Below the pieces are notes generated by a model, which was not told the origin of the DNA, did not search any database, and was given only the letters and a program-made list of their open reading frames with translations. A DNA stretch of 64,000 bases from Chiloscyllium plagiosum (taxonomy: Eukaryota). The stretch lies in contig NC_057718.1 in NCBI RefSeq assembly GCF_004010195.1, positions 50,377,380-50,441,379 on the forward strand. The letters run 5' to 3'. This document shows, one piece after another, positions 1-11,509 of the stretch. Made by a program: the position numbers and the translations under genes. The number at the start of each line of letters is the position of its first letter. Within the stretch, counting starts at the first letter, position 1.

Positions 1-150
1 TCCCCACTCCCACCCTCCTCTAGCTTATCTCTCCATGCTTCAGGCTCTCTGCCTTTATTCCTGATGAAGGGCTTTTGCCCGAAACGTCGATTTTGCCTGT
101 CCTCGGATGCTGCCTGAATTGCTGTGCTCTTCCAGCACCACTGATCCAGA
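1..150 (+). mobile_element. 3' terminal repeat (pLTR) of a Penelope-like element, family A, truncated by the window start
   Basis: Same sequence type as the 3' end of the RT/GIY-YIG element at 4798-6969 (…ttcctgatgaagggc…ggatgctgcctga…gctgtgct.ttccagcacca) and the - strand copy at 63726-63854. Confidence 0.8.
57..92 (+). ncRNA. Minimal type-I hammerhead ribozyme motif (PLE family A)
   Basis: CTGATGA(61-67)-A-GGGC/TTTT/GCCC stem II-GAA-ACGT palindromic stem III-C88 (GUC triplet); weak stem I. Confidence 0.75.
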
Positions 151-159
151 ATTGAAGTA

Positions 160-905
160 AATGCAGTTTAATTTATTAGTCCTACCTTGTTCTCTGCTTT
201 GTCCCTGCCTGCCCTGACTGTTTGGCTCGCTTCTTTTCTCAACTGTATCAGTCTCAGATTGATCTCTTTCCTCACTATCTCCCTGGTACCAGGGAAGCAA
301 CACACCATTCTGATTTTTCACTGCTTGCCACAGAAATGTCAGTTCATGCCTCGGACTAGAGAGCCCCCTTACACAATGGAAGGGAATGTACTCCTCACTG
401 CATCTAAGCCAGTCTCAATACCATAAACTTGGCTATTCCTGCTATATTCCCCTGATAATCCATTACCCTCTACATTTTCCAAAACAGCATACTTATTTGA
501 AATGGGGATAGCCACAGATGACTTCTGCACTACCTGCCTACCTCTCGTAGCTTTTGGAGAGTTAACCCGTTTATGGGACTGTATCTGTGACTTTTCTCCC
601 TTCCTATAACTGCCATTCATCACACCTCCTTGCTCTTATAAATTGCCTCTAACTGTTGCTCCAACTGTCCCATTTGATCTGATAGAATTGGCAACAAACG
701 GTGTTTATTGCAGATATAATGCTCAGTTACACGTAAACTCTCCCTAAACCCCTACATCCGACAAGAAGAGCATATCGTTCTACTAACAGCTATTTTTGCT
801 TCTTCCAATGTGCAGACCCAGAAAATAACGCTGTTTTATTCCTCTACAAAACACTGCTCCAGGTTAACTTAATACTTATGGCATATATTTTTAAGTTTAA
901 TCAAA
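160..905 (-). mobile_element. Degraded 5' region/ORF1 fragment of a CR1-type LINE
   Basis: ORF 369..623(-) contains VAIPISNKYAVLENVEG, resembling the 'VAIPLSNRY' motif of CR1 ORF1; frame broken. Confidence 0.55.
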
Positions 906-1354
906 AGACAGTAATTTGGATGATGAAGAAGAAAAAAATGCTAAACCTGGATTAATATCAACAGTAACCAGCAAAATACAACAAATATTGGAAACCGGAA
1001 AGATAACTAAAACAAGTGACGAGGGCACTTCATAACGTTCATGACTCAGCCCTGCAGTAATACTGCAATGTTATTACAATCAAGCAGCTTTTCCTCGAGG
1101 TTATTCCCTGTTTGGTTGATGCTCTGTAAATGCAAATCTGAAGGAGACCATTTTGTTTAGAGTTCCCATTTCATTGAGGAGGCTTCAGGCCTACCTATAT
1201 CCAATAACCTGCCCTGAAAGCTCTGCTCACATTTTGACAGCTTCGAGACAAATTTTACCACAGCCGCTCAGACAATCCATAATGTTCTAAAGAAAACACA
1301 CAACGTAATTAAAGATTTCGCCTTGACTCCCAAAATTAATGGACCATCTAAAAA

Positions 1355-1620
1355 CCATCAGTTGTACATTGATGGAATGAAAGCGATTCTTGTTGATGAA
1401 AGCCACTGAAGAGAGAGCCATGATGATCCTGTGGACCACTGGTACTGGATGTTCCCCAAACCATTGGGTCTGACCTCACTCTGAAGTATGACATGTAAGT
1501 CAATGATATCCTCCCTGAAGAGCTTCAATCTGATACTGCCATTTGGGCATCTGCAAATACAGACAGATTGTGTTCTGTGGATAGGACCTTGTTCCTGCAG
1601 GAAAATGACAGCACACCCCT
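1355..1620 (-). mobile_element. Internally deleted PIF/Harbinger (HARBI1-like) transposase remnant
   Basis: Minus frames give LYLQMPKWQY, RLKLFREDIIDLHVILQSEVRPNG and, after a deletion, FINKNRFHSINVQL (Harbinger motif NRKGFHSxNVQ). Confidence 0.7.
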
Positions 1621-2569
1621 CTCTGCCCAACTCTAGCATGCTTACCTGAATGCTAGCTGTTTTACTGCTTCTACTATCCCTTCCGTGTCCTTCCTTATAT
1701 CTGCTTACCCCTCTTCTGAGCTGTTCATTCTCCTCAATGGGGATGGTAGGTTTGAGGGCTGGGGTGGAGTTAAGTTCTTGATAGTAGATGAGTTTTCCCT
1801 CTTCCCTATGTGTTCTTTGCAGCCCACTATCCCAAACCTTTTCATGAGTAGGCCATTGGGAGTAAGTGTCACTCCTCTTCTTCATCCAGGCAGTGCTCTG
1901 AAATCTGACAGTACCCATATCACATTTGGCAACTAAAATTCAAGTTAATTGGCATCAAAACTACCTTAACATTGATGTCTTTGTAGTGTAAAACTCCATC
2001 CCAATATTCTGTACCACATTTTAAAATTTGGAAATGATAGGACCAGAAGACTAGGGTAGTCTTAGCTCATAGATCAGATGCACAATTTAGAGAGAGAAAT
2101 CTTTTGTCTTTTAAGTCTGTCCCACACTTTTGCAAACGTCTTCCTAGTGTCAGAGAGTAAAGAATAAAACTGTGTAAGATATAACTTTAAGTTCAGCTCC
2201 TGAAAAGTCCTAATAAATATTAACAGAACGAGTGAAGAGTAGCATTAACAGTTCTGCAGTGATTAAGCTTACTTAAGTTTTTCTATAACAAGGAGGATGT
2301 AAGCAATTTGTAAATTCCATGCTAAATTATACAATTGTTAATTTTATGGGGCAGGTTGTCTTCATCTTTATTTGGATCCTCCTGCCTCTGAACCCTCTAC
2401 ATAGGTTTAAGAGGTTCCATTCAGAACAACATGTTGTCACATATCTATAAAACAATAATAAGGACCAAATGGAATTCACAAGTTGACACAACTTAGTTAA
2501 ATTCAAAAGATTTGACAATTGAATACCTTTCAAAAATTATAAGAAGTCTATAGATATTTTTAATCAACC

Positions 2570-2670
2570 CATTCAAATATATTATAATACATATCAAGAG
2601 CAGGTGGAATTTGAACACAGGCCTTCCAGCCCAAAGTTAGGGACATTACCATTGCACCACAAAAACCCTT
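2570..2670 (-). mobile_element. tRNA-derived SINE head fragment
   Basis: Minus strand gtggtgcaatggtaatg…gtgttcaaattcc gives A-box and B-box-like motifs. Confidence 0.5.
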
Positions 2671-2784
2671 TTAATAAGAACTTTGCATTTGAATTGAATC
2701 TTTTGGCCACAAACTCACAAATTTACTTTCAAATAAACTGAAGTATCATTGCCATTTTCACTACACAGTCACTAGCAGTTCAAA

Positions 2785-2985
2785 GTTAAAAATCACACAA
2801 CACCAGGTTATAGCCCAACAGCTTTAATTGGAAGCATACTAACTTTCGGAGCATCTGTCACCTGATGAAGGAGTGTTGCTCCGAAAGCTAGTGTGCTTCC
2901 AATTAAACCTGTTGGACTATAACCTGGTGTTGTGTGATTTTTAACTTTGTACACCCCAGTCCAACACCGGCATCTCCAAATCATG
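2785..2985. mobile_element. ORF-less fold-back element made of inverted PLE terminal repeats (family B) with hammerhead motif
   Basis: Arms aaagttaaaaatcacacaacaccaggttatag… / …ctataacctggtgttgtgtgatttttaacttt; motif cacCTGATGAaggagtgttgctccGAAagctAgtg at 2859-2893; 14-bp TSD acta(g/a)cagttcaaa at 2771-2784 and 2986-2999. Confidence 0.85.
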
Positions 2986-5405
2986 ACTAACAGTTCAAAT
3001 TAACACATTATTATGTTCTCAGCAAAGCTCACATACTAAAAATTAATTATTTATGTAACCAAATAATTTGGAGTATATCTTATGAATGAAATTAATTTTC
3101 AATGTGCTTTAACCAGATCAGATAAGCTGATAGCAATATTCCTTCTGGATAAAAACACTTTTCATAAAGTCAATATAACAGATAAACTATAGCCTGTCAA
3201 AGATCTACCATAAAGTAGTTTTGCTTTTTCCTTTTGTGGTAAAGCACTGAATATATGAGAAACACATCCACCTGCAATTGGGTATTATTTGTGTAATAAT
3301 TCTCAACTAACTGTCTGTGTGCCACTTGCCTAGTGCTTGAACTAGGGGTGAATTATGCCCCTGACATAAGAATGAATTCATTTGATTCTCACCTCAGGCA
3401 AATCATTTTTTATTCAAATGGTTGCCTGTTTATACCTGTACTTATGCTGTGAAATAGATTAATCTTATTGAGTAAGATTTGCAAGCTAAAATCTTAAGTG
3501 TTGTGTGTGAATATTATTAGTTGTGTGCTTGCGTCCCTGTCTTCACCTCAAATTAAAAAAAGAACTTTACTTAGAAATTTTGCAGTCTAACTCTTTTAAG
3601 GAAAAAAATAATAATATACTGGTGCACTTTTATCCACCAACTTGAAAATTCTTCTTATTTTTGGCCTGAGAAGGAAATAATCCTCTTGGAACACTGTGAT
3701 AGTGCCCACATCAGCCATCCTACCAGCCTCATTGAAGTAAATTGTTTAATTAATGTCAATCTAGAGGAAGTTTATGTTGGAACTATCTGAATCAGCTTCA
3801 CTCAGAAGCTTCAATGTCTTTCAGAATAACATTTGCATCATTTTAGTCTGGGCTCACATCCAGACATTGAAGAACTGTTTGTAACTCAATGCAATCTAAT
3901 CTCTCATTAATCTGCCATTAATTGAAATATATACAAAACAAACGCCCCAGAGTATCATTTATTTGTAGATGTACTATGGAAATCTTGGGTTTAAGTCAAT
4001 AAAATTGAAGCACCAACTTGGCCATGTTGGACAAAAGTAGGACAGATTTTTCTCTCGATTCTCAATTGGGAAAAGGATAATGGAAAGTGGTGTATGGAGC
4101 TACTTTTTCAGCAGCTGGGACTTTGGACAGGACTTGTGTGTACATCAGAACCTGCTGTCAGGCTCAAATCTCCAATGCCTCCCTCCACCATTTCTGGTTC
4201 TACATTGACTGATTTACTGGATAATAAGTCCACCCTCTGGCCATTAAGGATGGCTGGTCAGCTTTTGAAGCTGGAAGACTAATAGAGCCCCTCAAACCTA
4301 GAAGTACGGAAAAGTGAAATTCATGTACATTGTAATTATATAATGGATGATATGAATCTGACCTCAGTAAGAAAGAAATAGCAAATGAATTGAGCATGGG
4401 AAGAGCATCTTAGACACTAAACTAGAGATTTGCATTTGATAATTTATGTACAAGTAAGTATAATGGTACAGAAGGAGCTGCAGATCCCTGTGTACACTGA
4501 GCTGCTGCATTACTGCTTGGTTTGGGAATTGCACCATCTCAGATCGTAAGACCCTACAACAGATAATGAGGACAGCTGAGAAGATCATCGGGGTCTCTCT
4601 TCCCTCCATTACAGACGTTTACACCACACACTGCATTCAAAAGGCTAAGAGCATTGTGGAAGATCTCACACATCCCTCACTCAAATTCTTCTCCCTCCTG
4701 CCATCTGACAGAAGATACCGGAACATTCAGTCTCTCATGGTCAGACTGTGCAACAGTTTCTTCCCGTGGGCCATCAGGGTTCTTAACACTGTATGCTTTC
4801 TCCTTTGCATCCTCCCACTTCCTCCAGATGAAAGGGGTAGCCATGGGCATCAGCATGAGGCCCAGCTATTCCTGTCACATCATTGGCTACGTGGAACAGT
4901 CCATCTTCCGGAGTTACACCGGCACCATTCCTCACCTTTTCCTCTGCGACATTGATGACTGCATCAGTACCACCTCATGCTTCCATGATGAGGTTGAACA
5001 GTATATCAACTTCACCAACACATTCACCCCCGATCTTAAATTCACCTAGACCATCTCAGACATCTCCTTTCCCTTCCTGGACTTCTCCATATCTATCAAT
5101 GGTGATCATCTTCTCTAAATCCACCGACTCCTACAGCCACTTTGCCTCCTGTAAAAATTCTATCCCTTATTCCCAATTCCTCCACCAGTTCTACCACAGA
5201 GCATACCAGATGGCCTCCTTCTTTAAAGACCGCAATTTCCCCTCCCATGTGCTTGATGATGCCCTCCAGTGCATCTCATCCACTTCCTGCGCCTCAAACC
5301 CCACCCCTCCAACCGCAACAAGGACAGCACCTCCCTGGTCCTCACTTTCTACTCCACCAACCTCCGTATGCATCACATCATTCTCTGCCATTTCTGATAC
5401 CTACA

Positions 5406-6225
5406 AACAGACCCCACCACCAGAGATATATTTCCCTCCCCACCCCTATCCGTTTTCTGTAAAGACCATTTCCTCCACGACAACCTGGTCAGGTCCACCC
5501 TCTGCTCCTGCACCTTCCCCTGCCACCACAGGAATTGCAAAACCTGCACCCACACCTCCCCCTCACCTCCATCCAAAGCTCCTCAGGAGCCTTCCACATC
5601 CATCAGAGTTTCACCTGCACTTCGACATATGTCATTTATTGTATCTGTGGCTCCCGATGCGGTCTCTTCTACAGTGGGGAGACAGGACGCCTACTCGCAG
5701 AGCACTTCAGAGAACATCTCTGGGACACCAGCACCAATCAACCTCACCGCCCTGTGGCCAAACACTTCAACGTCCCCTTCCACTCTGCCAAGGACATGCA
5801 GATCCTGGGCCACCTAACAGACCCCACCACCAGAGATATATTTCCCTCCCCACCCCTATCCGTTTTCTGTAAAGACCATTTCCTCCGCGACTACCTGGTT
5901 AGGTCCACCCTCTGCTCCTGCACCTTCCCCTGCCACCACAGGAATTGCAAAACCTGCACCCACACCTCCCCCTCACCTCCGTCCAAAGCTCCTCAGGAGC
6001 CTTCCATATCCATCAGAGTTTCACCTGCACTTCGACATATGTCATTTATTGTATATGTGGCTCCCGATGTGGTCTCTTCTACTGTGGGGAGACAGGACGC
6101 CTACTCGCAGAGCACTTCAGAGAACATCTCTGGGACACCAGCACTAATCAACCTCACCGCCCTGTGGCCGAACACTTCAACGCCCCCTTCCACTCTGCCA
6201 AGGACATGCAGATCCTGGGCCACCT
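5406..6225 (+). repeat. 410-bp tandem duplication covering the GIY-YIG region
   Basis: Copies 5406-5815 and 5816-6225; about 11 substitutions counted by eye. Confidence 0.95.
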
Positions 6226-6590
6226 CCATTGCCACTCCCTAACCACCCGACGCCTGGAGGAAGAAGGCCTTATCTTCTGTCTCGGAACCCTTCAACCCCA
6301 GAGCATCAATGTGGATTTCACCAGCTTCCTCACTTCCTTTCCTTCCACCTTATCCCAGATCCTACCTTCCAGCTCAGCACCGCCTTCATGACCTGTTCCA
6401 TCTGTCCATCTTCCTTCCCACCTATCTACTCCACCTTCCTCTCTGACCTATCACCATTACCCCCAACTCCATCTATCTTATCACATTCTCAGCTACCTTC
6501 ACCCCCAGCTCCAGCCGCACCCCCTCTCATTTATCTCTTCACCCCTTAAGCTCCCAGACTTGTTCCTGATGAAGGGCTGTTGGCTGAAAT

Positions 6591-6901
6591 TACATTACAT
6601 TACATTACATTATAGTGTGGAAACAGGCCCTTCGGCCCAACAAGTCCACACCGACCCACCGAAGCGCAACCCACCCATACCCCTACATTTACCCCTTACC
6701 TAACACTACGGGCAATTTAGCATGGCCAATTCACCTGACCTGCACGTCTTTGGACTGTGGGAGGAAACCGGAGCACCCGGAGTAAACCCACGCAGACACA
6801 GGGAGAACGTGCAAACTCCACACAGTCAGTCGCCTGAGGCGGGAATTGAACCCGGGTCTCTGGCGCTGTGAGGCAGCAGTGCTATGCCACCGTGCCGCCC
6901 A
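6591..6901 (-). mobile_element. HE1/V-SINE-type tRNA-derived SINE
   Basis: Minus strand gggcggcacggtggc…gggttcaattccc, central gtgtggagtttgcacgttctcc domain, CR1-like tail gggccgaagggcctgtttccacact, (taatg)n end. Confidence 0.9.
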
Positions 6902-8364
6902 CTAATGTCGGTTCTCCTGCTCCTTGGATGCTGCCTGACCTGCTGTGCTTTTCCAGCACCACACTCTCTACTGTATGCTCAGACTCTATTCCACCTGAAA
7001 TTCTTTGCACGACTTCGACTTGCTGCTAAACAATGTTTCATTAATTATCATTCTTTTATTACACTGTAATTTGTACAACACTGTGCCTATTGTCTTGACA
7101 TGTCAGGAATCACTGCGCTGTCTTGCATGTTTTGCACTTCTAATGCACTTTATGCCACCCTGTGTATGATCGTGTAGTTTGTATTGTCCATGTAGCACCT
7201 TGGTCCTGGAGGAACATTGTCTCGTTTTTACTGTATCAGTTGTATATAGAGGAATGACAAATGTAGCTACTTGACTCTTGAGATCTTTACTTGGAGATAA
7301 GTGGCCTCAGGGACACTGTATATACAGACACATATAGCCCAATATACTGCAGCCAGGTATCATTTGGATGAATATATGGCCATGTGGTGAAATGTCTGTT
7401 TACAGCCATGGGATCTCTATCATACCTCGACATTGTAGATATCTTAAGCTATACTTCAATAAACCCCTCATGTTGAACACACTGCTGTGTTGTACACTCA
7501 AGAATGGTGTCATGGGTGGTAAACATCCAGAGCTGAAATTTAGTAAAAGCACAGTTGTAGAGCAGTGAGCTCTCACAGAAAGAGGAAAAAATAATCAGTG
7601 AAAAATTCTGATCTGGAGAAAATGGCTGTAGCCTTTCCCCTCCTAGCTCCTGTCCAAATGACTGGGAATATGAGACAAAGCTGGGAAACTATGGCAGAAA
7701 TGTACAAAAGCCTCACATCCGGTAACCCAACCAGAACAAGTAGAAGTTGTTACAGTTTATCATCTTTGGGAAGGGACTGTCTCACATTCCATCTTGCTTT
7801 AAATTTCTCTGAAGAGCAGAAATTCTAAACTTTGAAGCCATCCTTTGAGCCGCAAGTAAACATTCCAGCATCTGCAGTCATTGTTTTTACCCAACATTAC
7901 AAATGAGCAAAGGGAACAGAGTTAAAAAAAATCATTGATCAATACGCAAAATCATTAACTCAATTTGCAGAAACCTCAATTTGCAATTAAGGGACAAGTT
8001 AATTTGAGATAGAATTGTATTTGGAATTACGGATCCAAAAGTTAGAAACAAGGTAAACAGCTAGATCATTCTGTTGCACAGTTTCAACAACCTTATATGA
8101 GGGAGATGTTAAATATCAACATGGAAGGAAACTGTGCACACAGGCAGGACAAGAATCACAAACGTGGACACTAAACCACAGCATTAATTCTTTAGTAAAT
8201 AGATGTCATGTACATTGATACAACAATTAAGTAAAATGAATTCAAAACACACATTGTGAGCCAATGTCTGATAAAATGAGAAAAAACACATATTTACGCA
8301 CATTAATTGTATGAAAATAATTCCCAAGTACACACACTGACCCCAAGACACATTATAACATTGA

Positions 8365-9028
8365 TCGACGTCCATTGGTCCCTCAAAGTTGCCACTCAAG
8401 TTGATAGAGTTGTTGATAAGGCATATGGTGTGTTGGCTTTCATGAGCAGGGGACTGAATTTAAGAGGTGCAAGGTTATGCTGCAGCTTTATGGACCCCTG
8501 GTTAGATCACACTTGGACTATTGTGTTCAGTTCTGCCTCATTATAGGAAAGATATGGAAGTTTTAAAGATAGTGCAGAAGAGATTGACCAGGATGCTGCC
8601 TGGATTAGAGAGCATGTCTTATGAAGAAAGGTTGAGGGAGCTAGGGCTTTTCTCATTGGAGCAAAGAAGATGAGGGGTGACTTGATAGAGTTGTACAAGA
8701 TGTTAAGAGGCATAGATAGAGTGGATAGCCAGAGACGTTTTCCCAATGCAGATATGTTTATCATGAGGAAGAATAATTTTAAGATGATTGGAGGAAGGTT
8801 TTGGGAAGATGTGAGAAGTACGTTCTTTACACAGAGAGTAGTGGGTGTATGGATTACACTACCAGCAGTAGTAGTAGGGTCAGGTACATTAGGGACATTT
8901 AAGCGACTCTTGGATAGATACATGGAAGATAGTATAATGAAGGATATGTAGGTTAGTCTGATCTTAGAGTAGGATAAACATCGAAGGGCCAAAGGGTCTG
9001 TACTTTGCTGTATTGTTCTATGTTCTAT
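8365..9028 (+). mobile_element. CR1 LINE 3' fragment
   Basis: SLKVATQVDRVV…MRGDLIELYKMLRGIDRVD…FFTQRVVGVW; tail tgttctatgttctatg. Confidence 0.9.
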
Positions 9029-9430
9029 GAAATACTCCAACTGAGAAAACACAAACTCAGGAAAGATGCCAAAGTTGTGAATCAATAGATAGAGCATATT
9101 CATATCAACACAGGCCGGGTCTTACCATTTGCTCACAGATACCGAACACAGGCTAGAAGTATTACAGAGAAAGGGTAGGATGCAAATATAGCAGAAGACA
9201 TCATACAAAACAGAAGAAGGCATGTCCAGCACGGGCAAGCCAGTGTTCCCACTACAATACAGAATACTTTGCATACAAGTGTATAGTTAATTAGAAGCCC
9301 AATAGTCGGTACAGATGGTCACTGGAGCAATAGGCTGAAGATTCTGACAAAGCTTTATATGCCATACATCAGGTTGGTTCAGTCAAGGTGATGGATGAGG
9401 TTGCAAGACAAATTCAGTGTCTATCAAGTG

Positions 9431-9725
9431 AACATAGAACATAGAACATAGAAAAATACAGCGCAGTACAGGCCCTTTGGCCCTCGATGTTGCGCCGATC
9501 CAAGCCCACCTAACCTACAACAGCCCACTATCCTCCATATACCTATCCAATGCCCGTTTAAATGCCCATAAAGAGGGAGAGTCCACCACTGCTACTGGCA
9601 GGGCATTCCATGAACTCACGACTCGCTGAGTAAAGAATCGACCCCTAACATCTGTCCTATACCTACCACCCCTTAACTTAAAGCTATGACCCCTCGTAAT
9701 AGCTGACTCCATACGTGGAAAAAAG
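9431..9725 (-). mobile_element. CR1 LINE 3' end, same subfamily as 56801-57348
   Basis: TRGHSFKLRGGRYRTDVRGRFFTQRVVSSWNALP; (aacatag)n tail. Confidence 0.9.
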
Positions 9726-11509
9726 TTGTAGCTGCCTTCAAAGCTAGCTTGAAAGGTTAGGCAGAAGATTTGGAAAAGGAGGGAATAAATGAAGAAGTGA
9801 GAACTCCTACAAATAGATTAATAGCAGGTTATAGGTGAAACAACCTGGTAAGCTAAGAGTATGCATTAACTCAAGAACCTAAATTAAGTCCTGAGGAGAC
9901 TCTACTACCCTATGTTAGCTGTTGAAGGAATTTTACCATAACTTGCAAAGGGAAAATCTTTACCGCTTTAGATGTGAAAAGTGGTTTCTGGCAAGTGAAG
10001 CTAGAAGAAAGCTTTTACTTTTAAACTCTATTCTTGACACCTTTCAGCTGATGCAGATAGTTTCACATGCCATTTGATATTTCCCCAGCGCCAGACGAAT
10101 ATCACTGCAGACAACATGAGAAAATGAATGATCTTCTTGAAGTAAAAAATACAGCCTATGGATGTCGAAACACAATTATAGAAACCATTGTTTACCTCGA
10201 TCAAAATTTTGATCAAGGCTTGTTTGAATCACGCAATCTATTCAAACAAGATACAAATCTCCAACTTTGCAAAATGTTGTGATTAAAGAATGACCATAGA
10301 GCATTAAGGGCATACAAGTTGTTATAAGAGTATATAGAGATGAATTGATAATCTATACTGCAGAAAGGAAATAGAATAATTGTCCTGAAGGAGTTGAGAG
10401 GGATGGTGCTAAAGCTCATCCATGCAAACCACTAAGGAATTGAGTAAAGTCTGAGGAAGACACGAATTATGCTCTACTGGCTGAAGATGAGCAACCAAAT
10501 CAAGGACCATATAATCCAGTGCAGTGCTTGTAATGAATACCAAACGAAACAAGGTGGAGGGCTACTGATAGTACATGGCATCCCAGGCAGATCATGGTTG
10601 AAGCTGGTGGTAGATCTCTTCACACTCTTAAGAACTGGTCATCTTATCTTATCATTCAGACTACTGGGTGGATCAATTGACATCAATGACCACTGCTGAG
10701 ATTTCTTCAGCTAATATGGCACTCATGACATTGTCATAACCAACAAAGGCCCTCAGTTCCTGAGTGAAGAATTCAGTCTCTTCATGAAAAACTTGAAAAT
10801 CCAACACCTATTTAGAACACATATCAACCATCAGTCACAAAGGTCCATAGTAACCAAATAGAAACAGAACAACAATCATTAATGTTACTACAAATGACAG
10901 AGAACAACACTCCAGGCGAAATAACATCACCCAAATGAACAGCCAACAGCAACATGCTGCATATCATTAAGAGACCAGCATGATTTAAGTGTACAGACTA
11001 TATCACAACACGTAGGCAGAGACTGATGGAAATAATGAACTGCTAAGACATGAGAGCAGAAGTGTTTATAGTTAGTAACATGGGTAAATAAAAATATATA
11101 TGATGCTGCATGCCATTTTTTATTTTTGCACAAAAGGAAGAATTTTGTATTCAAATGCAATCATGTACAAATGTCTCTGCCATAGTCATGTGATCTCCAT
11201 AATAAGGTACACACCCTGCAGGCAGACATCTTAAGCTTCAATTAAATCCCTGTGTTGAACACACTGCTGTGTTGTACGTTCGAAACAGGTACCTCAATGT
11301 GGCTCAAACAATAAGATAAAACAAAATGTAGCAGCAGAATGCATTGACAATTTAATGAGAGAGTGGGAACCCCAGAATAATCAATGTGCCCTTTCTCTAA
11401 TGTTTTCAAATTTAAAATACAAATAAAAAACCTTTGTAGCCGAGCTGTGAACCTTCGGGATGGATTTTTACAGGGCAGCCTGTCAGATTGAGGGAAAGGG
11501 TGTGGGTGG

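Larger units (their letters stand above)
4798..6969 (+). mobile_element. 5'-truncated Penelope-like element (RT + GIY-YIG endonuclease), family A, pseudogenised
   Basis: HFLQMKGVAMG…GYVEQSIF…DIDDCI (RT); FTCTSTYVIYCICGSRCGLFYSGETGRLLAEHFREH…PVAKHFN…LGTLQPQSIN (GIY-YIG); 10-bp TSD actgtatgct at 4788-4797 and 6970-6979. Confidence 0.9.
4490..7282 (+). mobile_element. Rex1/Babar-type LINE 3' end (4490-4797 and 6970-7282) split by a PLE insertion
   Basis: Translation CITAWFGNCTISDRKTLQQIMRTAEKIIGVSLPSI…FSLLPSDRRYR…RLCNSFFPWAIRVLN is typical of Rex1 RT C-termini; tail ends …aatgacaaatgtagctacttgactcttga. Confidence 0.75.
7300..11287 (+). mobile_element. Decayed Ty3/Gypsy LTR retrotransposon with nested CR1 fragments
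   Basis: LTR remnants share tgttgaacacactgctgtgttgtac (7471-7495, 11253-11277); PBS-like tggtgtca at 7505; gag start LAPVQMTGNMRQSW; RT GKIFTALDVKSGFWQVKL and MPFDISPAPDEY; integrase LYWLKMSNQIKDHIIQCSAC…SWLKLVVDLF; purine tract near 11131. Confidence 0.75.

Noticed and set aside
1358..1918. 186-aa ORF as a host gene
   Set aside because: Part of it is a frameshifted Harbinger transposase; no host-protein features.
3809..3872. Possible pre-miRNA (cttcaatgtct/agacattgaag)
   Set aside because: Only 11 bp pair, with a 42-nt spacer and no extension.
4883..5872. 329-aa Pro/Ser/Thr-rich ORF, the longest in the window
   Set aside because: Mostly an off-frame reading of the C-rich PLE strand; the true RT and endonuclease motifs are spread over several frames.
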